DNA of 31,906 nucleotides from positions 1-31,906 of IMG/VR virus record IMGVR_UViG_3300020533_000014; one strand, written 5' to 3'. The DNA is from a virus. Lineage: Duplodnaviria; Caudoviricetes. The notes under the pieces are model-generated. The model made no database searches and was not told where the DNA came from. It saw only the letters and a program-made list of their open reading frames with translations. This document shows, piece by piece, positions 1 to 7,532 of the stretch (the stretch's first letter is position 1; each line of letters opens with the position of its first letter). Made by a program: the position numbers and the translations under genes.

Positions 1-56
1 ATCTGGACTAGCCTTATGTCTTTCTTTTATCCTGTTAGCATCTGCTACGCAGACGG

Positions 57-614
57 CTACAGAGACCCTGCTGAAATACACTTATGTAATTCGGTAGCGG
101 ATTTGATCGGGGGTTGGTTCAATCCCTCCCTCGAATCAAATGCCCTACGCCACAGCTTCTTTCTGAGGCTTGTGAAATCCCTCTGCCTCTCGTCCTCGGG
201 CACCGCCCACAGCTTAGGCTCGCTATATGCTGGAGCATACTTCTTAACATCCTCGGCAGTGCAGTACGCCTCGATGATGTACTCGGGCATCGTGCCCCTA
301 ACCAAAACCAATTCCCCCCTGTCCCTTTCCTTCACCTTCCACTTACCATCTCGGGAGTGCTTCACATCCACATGGGTGAACGGAAGATCCCCCGTCCCGC
401 TTCGGTAGGTGTCCACCGATCCGTCCCAGTACAGGCCAATGAACTTGGCGAACGCCAGCTCTGCCCCCGCCCCGTCGATATGCTGACCCCATGCGTTCTG
501 GCTGTCGCTAGGGTACGCATCCCTCGATGACTTCACGAGTGCCGACAAGTTCCTCGCCTTGCCAACCAAGCAGGCCAGCTGCATCTCATAAAGCTCGAGG
601 CGAACCTTGATCAC
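57..614 (-). CDS. Phage protein, possible PD-(D/E)XK-like nuclease fold
   Basis: 185 aa; G-AE-AFAK...GD...VDVK pattern; GTG start overlaps the upstream stop (GTGA). Confidence 0.6.
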   Translation of the reverse strand: MIKVRLELYEMQLACLVGKARNLSALVKSSRDAYPSDSQNAWGQHIDGAGAELAFAKFIGLYWDGSVDTYRSGTGDLPFTHVDVKHSRDGKWKVKERDRGELVLVRGTMPEYIIEAYCTAEDVKKYAPAYSEPKLWAVPEDERQRDFTSLRKKLWRRAFDSREGLNQPPIKSATELHKCISAGSL

Positions 615-727
615 TTGAACCTTTGGATGATCTCGTCGCAGATAAAGATAAACCCGACGAGGAAAATACTCAGCAGGCCAAGCACAACAACTGCACTGAC
701 AAGAATGCTGGGGAGTTCTTGGATCAC
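611..727 (-). CDS. Small membrane protein (38 aa, not in ORF track)
   Basis: Translated by hand: MIQELPSILVSAVVVLGLLSIFLVGFIFICDEIIQRFK. One hydrophobic helix; GTGA overlaps at both ends. Confidence 0.7.
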   Translation of the reverse strand: MIQELPSILVSAVVVLGLLSIFLVGFIFICDEIIQRFK

Positions 728-987
728 GGGTCGAACCTCCGATTCATAAACAAGGGAGTCCCGTCACCAACATAAGCCCCGCCTATATTGTACTCGAAGA
801 AGTCGAGGGCATCGTCGTAGCTACATCCATCCCTCTTCATTATCTTTTCCACGACCATGTCGATGTCGTAGACCAGCACGGCTTTTGATCCACACCTGTA
901 ACCAATCCCGACGATGCAGTCATCGTACCCGTCTGCCTTCATCGCATCGGGTGCTGCCTCCTGCAGGTATTCCTTGGTGAACTTCAT
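724..987 (-). CDS. Conserved hypothetical phage protein (87 aa)
   Basis: ADGYDDCIVG...VYD...ALDFFEYNIGGAYVGDGTP, a pattern common in aquatic phages. Start moved to the ATG at 987 (ATGA overlap). Confidence 0.75.
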   Translation of the reverse strand: MKFTKEYLQEAAPDAMKADGYDDCIVGIGYRCGSKAVLVYDIDMVVEKIMKRDGCSYDDALDFFEYNIGGAYVGDGTPLFMNRRFDP

Positions 988-1694
988 CGGAAGTTTCCTC
1001 CGAGGAACCAAGCAACAAGAACCCAACGCTCACCCCACCAAGGTGCCTTTGCACAATGCTTGAGACAGCTCGGGAACCAGACCCCTGCACCACGATCCCT
1101 CACATACTTCTTGTTGTGGAGTTCACCCAACATCCTGAGACCACCGCCGACATAATCCTTCGGGTCACTCAGGTTAACGACTGCGGTTAGTTTCCTGCCA
1201 GAATCTGGGTAGGTGTCATAGTGCCAATCAAAACGCTGGAGTGGCTGGTACCGCAGGATCTGAATGGACTGGATGCCATCGATCTGGAACCCGTAGTTGT
1301 TTGCGTTGATCTCAGCCGTGGCCTCAATCATCCGCTTATACATCCAATCGTTCTTGTCGTTCCTCGGGAGCCACGCCGAGGAGCATGTCCTCGCATAACT
1401 TTTGATCGACTTCCCTCCCCTTAGAATCTTAGCCCTCTCCATCCCAGTCACCTGTGCATCCAAGATGATCGAGGTACACTGGTTCGGTGTGAACACCAGC
1501 GGGCTACACACCCCAGCTGTCATGTCCTGCTTAACAGTTGGAGTATCTAAAAATAAAGGGTCGGCAGTGTGTTTAACAGGGCTGCATACTGAGGAACAGA
1601 CGGTGCCCGTGGAAGGTTCTCCCTTCCCACTATTCACTGCGACCTCCACTGAGGGTAATTCTTTTTTCGGCTTTGGCAAGATTATGACTGGCAT
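984..1694 (-). CDS. 2OG-Fe(II) oxygenase (prolyl-4-hydroxylase/PKHD-like)
   Basis: F-WHYD (HxD), RKLT-VVNLS, YVGG-L, FPS-LKH and R-VLVAW. The first ~58 aa are low complexity, so the true start could be MTAG at about 1523. Confidence 0.88.
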   Translation of the reverse strand: MPVIILPKPKKELPSVEVAVNSGKGEPSTGTVCSSVCSPVKHTADPLFLDTPTVKQDMTAGVCSPLVFTPNQCTSIILDAQVTGMERAKILRGGKSIKSYARTCSSAWLPRNDKNDWMYKRMIEATAEINANNYGFQIDGIQSIQILRYQPLQRFDWHYDTYPDSGRKLTAVVNLSDPKDYVGGGLRMLGELHNKKYVRDRGAGVWFPSCLKHCAKAPWWGERWVLVAWFLGGNFR

Positions 1695-1698
1695 TTTG

Positions 1699-2013
1699 TT
1701 ATCCTCCTAATTGTGCAAGGGCTAGACAGGATCTGGCCAATGCGTTTCTTGTATGGATTCTGACCGACTCCTGATCCTTCAGATCCACACCATCCAGCAA
1801 CATGAGTGCCTGTATGGCATGTCTGGCCACCCTACTCAGGTGCCAGCGTGGGTCAGATTCAACGCCTTGGTTCCATGAACCGTCACCATGTTTGCCAGAT
1901 GTTAGGCTTTCGTTCATGGTGTCGATCACTGCTCGATATGCAGTCTCCGCAAGCTCCTCGGTTGTTGGGGTGTAACGGCTGATGGGTGCGGTCATGCAAG
2001 TGGTGTGTGTCAC
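1699..2013 (-). CDS. DUF5664-like dATP/dGTP diphosphohydrolase domain protein
   Basis: GKHG-GSW..G...RH...D.KDQES..H..NA pattern typical of the family. Confidence 0.6.
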   Translation of the reverse strand: MTHTTCMTAPISRYTPTTEELAETAYRAVIDTMNESLTSGKHGDGSWNQGVESDPRWHLSRVARHAIQALMLLDGVDLKDQESVRIHTRNALARSCLALAQLGG

Positions 2014-2225
2014 ATCTTCCTCTCTGGCTGGCTTGGTCTGTCCAGTCCGTACATGGCGTTCTCAGTTCCCCTGACCTCGCACATATCCACGCAGATATGT
2101 TCTCCAGTGTTCAGCTCGATCAGGTAGACAGGGTTGTCGGTCTTTCCATAGTCAATCAGGGCAAGCCATAGCCCCTCGCCCTTGGGTGTCTGAACCCAGC
2201 GTTCGTTAGGAAGGAAGGTAATCAC
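2010..2225 (-). CDS. Hypothetical phage protein (71 aa)
   Basis: V-TPKGEG..LALIDYG motif; 4-nt overlaps with both neighbours. Confidence 0.75.
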   Translation of the reverse strand: MITFLPNERWVQTPKGEGLWLALIDYGKTDNPVYLIELNTGEHICVDMCEVRGTENAMYGLDRPSQPERKM

Positions 2226-2422
2226 GGGTAAACCTTTCCGTAGACGGGGTCAACGATCTCGACCTCGCTCGCATTTGTTCCCACCTGAGTTCCATCAGGC
2301 TTGGTGTAGTAGATGAGATCGTCTTCGGTAAAACCTTGTTGCCCCTCGGGGCGTATAAACCAAGACCCAGCAGGCACCACATGTCCTTCAACAATGAGAT
2401 TACAATATCCATCCCAGCTCAC
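2222..2422 (-). CDS. Hypothetical protein (66 aa)
   Basis: GTG at 2422 overlaps TGA 2419-2421; VSWDGYCNL...YGKVYP. Confidence 0.7.
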   Translation of the reverse strand: MSWDGYCNLIVEGHVVPAGSWFIRPEGQQGFTEDDLIYYTKPDGTQVGTNASEVEIVDPVYGKVYP

Positions 2423-2619
2423 GGCTCCTTGTCCTCGAGTGCTGCAACAACTCTGCTCATCCACTCGGGCTTTTCTTTCATGGCCTTGATCGATTCGTGT
2501 ACATGGTAAAGGGCACCAAACATTCTTCGGTTGTGTAGCCATAAACGCTCATTGCATTCGGTTGCCTGCTGAAGGCCGATCTCCAGTGCCCGCTTCGATT
2601 GGTCTTCGTAAGTGGTCAC
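2419..2619 (-). CDS. Hypothetical protein (66 aa)
   Basis: GTG at 2619 overlaps TGA 2616-2618; helical VTTYEDQSKRALE...EDKEP. Confidence 0.7.
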   Translation of the reverse strand: MTTYEDQSKRALEIGLQQATECNERLWLHNRRMFGALYHVHESIKAMKEKPEWMSRVVAALEDKEP

Positions 2620-2852
2620 TTCGTCCCCCTTCGTCGAGATGATTTGCTTCTGTTGATCTGACGTTCGTCGATATAAGACTGCCACTGCTTCCTCGCTTCC
2701 TCGGCCAATACCTTTGTAGGCTGATCCCATCCGAGATCGGGCAGGTCTCCACCCATAACCCATCGTGAGCCGAGGCGACATTCTCCAAGGAAGCTGGTAG
2801 TAGTCAAATGATACTGTTCGCAGTTGCCCCGAACTTTAACTTCGATCTTCAT
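2616..2852 (-). CDS. Hypothetical protein (78 aa)
   Basis: ATGA overlap with the dnaB stop; part of the coupled gene chain. Confidence 0.7.
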   Translation of the reverse strand: MKIEVKVRGNCEQYHLTTTSFLGECRLGSRWVMGGDLPDLGWDQPTKVLAEEARKQWQSYIDERQINRSKSSRRRGTK

Positions 2853-4141
2853 AGTGCGTCTGGCTTCTCGTAACGGAAGCTCTGGTGCTTCGGGTTAAAC
2901 TTGAATGGGATGTCCGAGTGGTTCGATCCACGACGAGACTTCCTCACCTTAACAAATAGCTTGAAGTCGTTAATCTTGGGGTTCCTGCGGTCAAGGATGA
3001 GAACTTCATCGGCATTCTCGGCCAGTCCGTTGGAGTCCTTTAGATGGTGAAGCTCTGCCTGTGAGTCGTAGACAGACTGCCTGTTCAGCTGGACGCAACC
3101 GAGGATCGGAATGTCCAGCTCCTTGGCAAGTGCCTTGGTATGCACAGCCACAAGTTCAAGCTCCCTAGCCCTGCTGTCCTGCTTCTTGGTATCGACGCTG
3201 ACCTTGCCGAGTAGATCGATGACGAGGAGCTTGCACCCCTTACGCTTCAGCCTTCTGGCCTCAGCCCTGATCTCGTTGACCGACCATGTCGGGCGATCCA
3301 TCACCACCAGCGGGAGTTCCCGCATCTCGTTCGCAACGGAGTCCAGCGTTGCCAGCTGATCTGGCGTAATGCTTCCAAGTGTTCTCAGCTCATCCGTGCT
3401 GAACCTCTCGGACAGTGCGATCATACGCTCGGCAATGTCACCAGCCGTAAGCTCCATCGAAATATACCCGACCTTGTTGCCGTTCTTCAGTGCGTTGTAA
3501 CAAAGCTGAATAGCGAAGGCCGACTTGCCCATGTTGGTAAACCCAGCAAGCAGGATCAGGTGCCCGTTGGTCAGCCCGCCGATACAATGATCCAGCTCCG
3601 AGTACCCAGTGGGCAGACCAGAGTAGGTAGCCCCAGTCCTGATAAGGTCTCTTGCCTTCTGGGTTACCGAGTGGGCTGCATCCCCGATCTCAACTCCCTT
3701 GGATCTCCCGAGGCTGGTTGTGTTGGTATACTCCTCCATCGATGCCGACACTTCGGCTGATGGTGCCCCATCTTTAATCAGTCGCAGAGAGTTCTCAGCT
3801 GCAACATACATCGAACGCAGTCTGGCCATCTCCACTAGCCTGTCCTCGAAGGAAGCTAGGTGCTTTGCAGTTGGGACAAGATCCTTGGTCGCAAGCTGTC
3901 CAACGAAGTGGGTCATCATCTGACGCTCACCATTCTTCAGCTCGCCAACCAACAGCACTGGATCGGCGGGTGCGCCCTTGGCACCGAGCCTGACCATCAA
4001 AGAGTGGAGCTGCTTGGAGACTGGATTGCCGAACAGGTCGGAAGACCAGCCACAGATTTCCTTATGAACATCTGGATCGGACATTGCGGTTGCAAGGACA
4101 CGACCCTCGATCTCTGAGTCAAACATGGCGAAGTCTTTCAT
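2849..4141 (-). CDS. dnaB: Replicative DnaB-family helicase
   Basis: N-terminal E-RVL motif, Walker A GFTNMGKS, SMEL, Walker B LLVID, KALAKELDIP, QLNR and KSRRG arginine finger. Confidence 0.93.
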   Translation of the reverse strand: MKDFAMFDSEIEGRVLATAMSDPDVHKEICGWSSDLFGNPVSKQLHSLMVRLGAKGAPADPVLLVGELKNGERQMMTHFVGQLATKDLVPTAKHLASFEDRLVEMARLRSMYVAAENSLRLIKDGAPSAEVSASMEEYTNTTSLGRSKGVEIGDAAHSVTQKARDLIRTGATYSGLPTGYSELDHCIGGLTNGHLILLAGFTNMGKSAFAIQLCYNALKNGNKVGYISMELTAGDIAERMIALSERFSTDELRTLGSITPDQLATLDSVANEMRELPLVVMDRPTWSVNEIRAEARRLKRKGCKLLVIDLLGKVSVDTKKQDSRARELELVAVHTKALAKELDIPILGCVQLNRQSVYDSQAELHHLKDSNGLAENADEVLILDRRNPKINDFKLFVKVRKSRRGSNHSDIPFKFNPKHQSFRYEKPDAL

Positions 4142-4497
4142 CGGTATACCAGTGCGTACTTGTGGGAATTAGCGAACGCTTCCGCATCCTTACGGCTGTG
4201 AAAGAACACATCGATCACGGGGAATTTCCCACCACTTGCTTTCCTGCTGATCACAGCAGAACCCGTGTCGTGAACCTGACGGGTACCAATGCCGTCGATA
4301 TAGATCCAGTTCCCGTAACCAAAGACCCGAGGGTCAGCTGCAACTGAGATGCCCTCCTTGAGCGTGTAGCCAGAGGCACTCTTCAGTCTTCGAGTGTATG
4401 AATCCTCACCACGATGATAGGTTGTTAGCCTGACCTTGATCGGGTCTGCGTTGCTGATGCAAACACTTAAGAACAATGCAGTTAATGCTTTATCCAT
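4138..4497 (-). CDS. 3D-domain (MltA-like lytic transglycosylase) protein with signal-peptide-like N-terminus
   Basis: TTY...SASG...VAADP...G-WIYIDGIG...HDTG...IDVF; three conserved Asp residues. Confidence 0.85.
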   Translation of the reverse strand: MDKALTALFLSVCISNADPIKVRLTTYHRGEDSYTRRLKSASGYTLKEGISVAADPRVFGYGNWIYIDGIGTRQVHDTGSAVISRKASGGKFPVIDVFFHSRKDAEAFANSHKYALVYR

Positions 4498-4844
4498 ATT
4501 CCCTTAACCTCCGTTTTAGTTTCATCTGCTTTGCAGTTGCCCTTGATCTTAAGGAAATCCTCAGCTCTCATGGCAACCAGCCAGTCTGTTCCGTTTTTCT
4601 TGAACGCCACCGCTGGAACCTTCCCAGCCCCGCAGTCCCTGACCGACTGCTCGATGGCCTTCCACACATTCAGGTTCTCAACCCACTTCACTTCCCAGTG
4701 CATGCCGTCATCCGACACAACATCGGGAGAGTCTGGGGAACCCGAGTACTGTCTGCCCCTCCGAGCCGAGATACCAACGGCACGAAGGAAATCCCTCCAT
4801 GCTCTTTCTCCACGCTTACCCTTGGCGCAAGAATTGATTGGCAT
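4482..4844 (-). CDS. Holliday junction resolvase (Hjc-like PD-(D/E)XK)
   Basis: NS-AKGKRGER...RRG-QY-G..DSPDV...HWEVK. Confidence 0.82.
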   Translation of the reverse strand: MPINSCAKGKRGERAWRDFLRAVGISARRGRQYSGSPDSPDVVSDDGMHWEVKWVENLNVWKAIEQSVRDCGAGKVPAVAFKKNGTDWLVAMRAEDFLKIKGNCKADETKTEVKGIWIKH

Positions 4845-4857
4845 CTCGGCTTACCGA

Positions 4858-5016
4858 TTAGTACTTCCTAGAGGCAGCTGCGTTATCCACTAGGTTGGGA
4901 TAGGGTCTGCCAGCAGCCTTAGCCTTGGCCTTTGCATAGGCTTTGGCTTTAGGCGAGAGCTTGTTTCCAAGCCTCTTGCCAGCAGCTTCCTTTTCCCAGA
5001 ATGGTTTATCTTTCAT
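4858..5016 (-). CDS. Small basic phage protein (52 aa, not in ORF track)
   Basis: MKDKPFWEKEAAGKRLGNKLSPKAKAYAKAKAKAAGRPYPNLVDNAAASRKY; TAATG overlap with the upstream stop. Confidence 0.75.
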   Translation of the reverse strand: MKDKPFWEKEAAGKRLGNKLSPKAKAYAKAKAKAAGRPYPNLVDNAAASRKY

Positions 5017-5273
5017 TAAAAGATATCACCACCCGAGACGGCACCGCCCACATCGGTGAGTGTAATCGACAACATCTTGTTGCCGTTCTTATCGTCCCGA
5101 ACCCAGCAAGCAGCTTTGTACTTGCCAGCAGGGATCTCAATCGCCTCGTCCACCCACTTCTCTCCATCCTTCTTGCGAGGGCTGGCGAACTTAGGTGCCT
5201 TCGGGTTTTCTTCTGCCCGTTTGTTTCCAAACAGGTTTAGCTTGATGCCTTTGACTTGCGTTTCCGTGGCCAT
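5016..5273 (-). CDS. Putative small ssDNA-binding protein (85 aa)
   Basis: LF-NK...NPKAPKF...Y-AACW...G-K-LSI with a short DIF tail; GAAAGGA Shine-Dalgarno before the ATG at 5273; lies next to SSAP and exonuclease. Confidence 0.55.
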   Translation of the reverse strand: MATETQVKGIKLNLFGNKRAEENPKAPKFASPRKKDGEKWVDEAIEIPAGKYKAACWVRDDKNGNKMLSITLTDVGGAVSGGDIF

Positions 5274-5953
5274 GTTTTCTGTCCTTTCGTGCGATCTTCG
5301 ATTTGTTTGTATGCAGAATGGAAGCGCAAGATCGCTTTCCACGCCTCCATCTGCGGGGTTAAGTCCTCAAAGTTTCTTTCCTCAATGTCGTTCTCGTACC
5401 CGATACGAAGTAACTTCACTGCCTCAATGTCCTCGTCGAACGGGTGGCAGTCCTCGTAGAGCATCTTGTAACCAGCCATCTGCAGTTCGTACTGGGGCTT
5501 CAGGGATGAGCTGGTCTTGAAGTCAACCAGCACCAGCCTCCCCTGCTTATCCCGAGCGATAAGGTCTACAGTTCCACCGAAGCCGTGCTTATCACTGGCA
5601 AGCTGAAGCTCGCAGTGGATGCGATCCAGACCGCTCTTCCACCACCACTTCTTAAATCCCTCGATCATCTCCTCGGCACACTCGACCTCGTCTTTGGCAC
5701 ACAGGCTGAAGTCGCACTTGAATCCATCTAGGAAACCGTGGGTACCGAAGTGGAATATCGATCCGATCCTGCGCTTCTTACCACCATCTTTCTCGAGGCA
5801 CTTACCTTTCTTGCCTAGCCCAAACGCCCAAGGCACCAGCTGGGGAATGGCTATATGCTTTGCGATTATCGAAGTAACAGACGGCAGGATATCCCCGCCC
5901 TTGTTCTTGTACTTCTGGTGTGGCTCGTCGAGATCCAGTTTAATTGTCTTCAT
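5237..5953 (-). CDS. PD-(D/E)XK exonuclease (recombination-associated, RecB/Cas4-like fold)
   Basis: LPSVTSII, G-IFH, FGGTVDL, LVDFKTS and LQMAGY motifs. Confidence 0.85.
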   Translation of the reverse strand: MKTIKLDLDEPHQKYKNKGGDILPSVTSIIAKHIAIPQLVPWAFGLGKKGKCLEKDGGKKRRIGSIFHFGTHGFLDGFKCDFSLCAKDEVECAEEMIEGFKKWWWKSGLDRIHCELQLASDKHGFGGTVDLIARDKQGRLVLVDFKTSSSLKPQYELQMAGYKMLYEDCHPFDEDIEAVKLLRIGYENDIEERNFEDLTPQMEAWKAILRFHSAYKQIEDRTKGQKTWPRKRKSKASS

Positions 5954-6030
5954 AATCCTTTAGCTACAATGACTAAGAAAATAATCATTACAGCTGCCTC
6001 CATTGCTAATACTTGGGTTTCGTAGTCCAT
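5950..6030 (-). CDS. Tiny hydrophobic peptide (26 aa)
   Basis: MDYETQVLAMEAAVMIIFLVIVAKGL; ATGA overlap with the exonuclease start. Confidence 0.45.
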   Translation of the reverse strand: MDYETQVLAMEAAVMIIFLVIVAKGL

Positions 6031-6047
6031 ATCCTTAAGGGGATAGG

Positions 6048-6215
6048 TTATTTACACTTGCGTCTGCTTGGCAGACGCTTCTTACCCGAAGAGGTCTTCT
6101 TCGGTTGTTTGGTATGAATGTTCTTAATAGCCCAATCCCAGTTCTTTTTAGAGACACGAACATCCCTTGGTTCACCGTATGGGCTAGTCTTCCATTCTCC
6201 AAACTTGGCCGTCAT
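6048..6215 (-). CDS. Small basic protein (55 aa)
   Basis: MTAKFGEWKTSPYGEPRDVRVSKKNWDWAIK...RRKCK; ATGA overlap with the SSAP stop. Confidence 0.6.
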   Translation of the reverse strand: MTAKFGEWKTSPYGEPRDVRVSKKNWDWAIKNIHTKQPKKTSSGKKRLPSRRKCK

Positions 6216-6886
6216 TTTACTTCGCCCTTGATTCTTTCAACCACGAGCTTGCCGTGCTTGACGATGGCCGAGAGCAGTGCGGTATCAGCCACACCAATAA
6301 AAGGCTCATCGATCTTGTCGGTCTTCGCTGGAACAGCTGGGAAGCTGATGCCAAGTTTTTTACAAGATGAAGAATTAAGGGATCTCGCAAACTTGTAGAG
6401 ATCGCCATCGGTCAGCTGGTGCTGGTCGCACATCTTGATGAATGCCTCGGTCAATTCGCCAAGGCTTTCAGTGGACTTGTTCTTAACCAGCTCCCGCTCC
6501 AGAGAGAAGATGTTATCTGACTTCTGAGGGGTCACGGTCTTCGCTTTGTCGAGTTCCTCGGAGGAGCAAAGCCCATCCTCGATCCCGATATTAAGGAAGC
6601 CCAACGCACGACCCACTGCAGAGGTCTCTGCCACCTCTAGGGCAGCTGCCCCAGCAATCATACCAGTCCACTTGGATTGGCTGTGCCCGATAAAGTAACG
6701 CTCGGGGTGTTCAACATTCGGAGTCACCTTCGCCCGCATAAAGACATGGCTGGCTGGATCTCCAATAATCTCAGTCTCGATCCTACCGTTCGGATACATC
6801 GCATGAAACCCGCTCACTCGTGTATGCACCATCACATACGCCTTCCCCTTCATATCGATTGCCTTTAATCCACCTACTTCTTTCAT
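6212..6886 (-). CDS. Single-strand annealing protein (Rad52/Sak-like)
   Basis: KGK-YV-V..RV..F...YPNGRI-TEI and ALEVAETSAVGRALG; AGAAAGGA Shine-Dalgarno. Confidence 0.72.
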   Translation of the reverse strand: MKEVGGLKAIDMKGKAYVMVHTRVSGFHAMYPNGRIETEIIGDPASHVFMRAKVTPNVEHPERYFIGHSQSKWTGMIAGAAALEVAETSAVGRALGFLNIGIEDGLCSSEELDKAKTVTPQKSDNIFSLERELVKNKSTESLGELTEAFIKMCDQHQLTDGDLYKFARSLNSSSCKKLGISFPAVPAKTDKIDEPFIGVADTALLSAIVKHGKLVVERIKGEVK

Positions 6887-6950
6887 ATATTCCCGTCCTT
6901 TCTATTTTGTTTTTTAGTAATAATACATTTGCCGTTAGACAAATGCTGTC

Positions 6951-7172
6951 CTATGACTTGCCCAAAAGGGCACTATCAACCCAACGCTTGCAGGTTAATC
7001 GTTTGTCGTTCGGACATCTTTTCAAAGAAACTTTCGCAGCCCAGTTGCGAACAGATCCGTAGGTGCGGTTTAGATAGATTGCGGTGTCACGAAGAGTCCA
7101 CCAAGATTGTGTGCTGATTCGTGAAATCTCCTCTGGAGAATACTTTTTTCGGTGCTGTTTTGGTTGTGACAT
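6951..7172 (-). CDS. Excisionase/Cro-like HTH protein (73 aa)
   Basis: WWTLRDTAIYLNRTYGSVRNW matches a MerR-like/Xis HTH; divergent from the repressor-integrase operon. Confidence 0.65.
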   Translation of the reverse strand: MSQPKQHRKKYSPEEISRISTQSWWTLRDTAIYLNRTYGSVRNWAAKVSLKRCPNDKRLTCKRWVDSALLGKS

Positions 7173-7178
7173 ATGGGA

Positions 7179-7206
7179 TAAGTAACAATCTGCCACCAAA
7201 TGTCAA
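7179..7206 (-). promoter_or_regulatory. Leftward (lytic/early) sigma70-type promoter, probably leaderless
   Basis: TTGACA-N16-TACTTA-N6-ATG(7172). Confidence 0.6.
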
Positions 7207-7230
7207 CATCTGCTTACAAATTATTTTAAT

Positions 7231-7259
7231 TTGACACCAGTTGTCATCTGTCATATTTT
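7231..7259 (+). promoter_or_regulatory. Repressor/integrase promoter, probably leaderless, overlapped by TGTCA operator-like repeats
   Basis: TTGACA-N17-TATTTT-N6-ATG(7266). Confidence 0.72.
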
Positions 7260-7265
7260 GTCACT

Positions 7266-7532
7266 ATGAAAACAAGAGCTACAAAAACCGTCACTGGTTC
7301 TGCCAGTGGTGCGTTAGCGTATAATATCGGGCTGAGATGCCCGAAGGAAATGAAACAAGCAGCCGAGCGGATGAGTAAGTTACTCGACCGTTCGGAGAAC
7401 AGCATCATCATCGAAAGCGTGATGGCCATCGACGAGATGTCCCGCTCCCTCACCGAGAGCAATCACCCGCCGAAGATGGTGTTCATGTTGAGGCAGGCAA
7501 TGACCTACAACGCCAAACAAGCGTCCAGCTAA
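7266..7532 (+). CDS. Arc/ribbon-helix-helix family repressor
   Basis: IGLRCPKEMKQAAERMSKLLDRSENSII matches the Arc-like pattern LR-P...A....RS-N; directly abuts the integrase (TAA-ATG). Confidence 0.75.
   Translation: MKTRATKTVTGSASGALAYNIGLRCPKEMKQAAERMSKLLDRSENSIIIESVMAIDEMSRSLTESNHPPKMVFMLRQAMTYNAKQASS

Noticed and set aside
2206-2788. Apparent multi-frame overlapping ORFs (2206-2412, 2549-2788 and the long versions of 2222 and 2419)
   Set aside because: Explained by short genes with GTGA-coupled starts at 2422 and 2619; no frameshift or overprinting is needed.
2849-4141. Intein in DnaB
   Set aside because: Length 430 aa is normal; no Cys-start/His-Asn-end insertion.
6060-6078. N4-type virion RNA polymerase hairpin promoter
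   Set aside because: The loop is TTG/CAA rather than the purine triloop, there is a single copy, and no RNAP was found.
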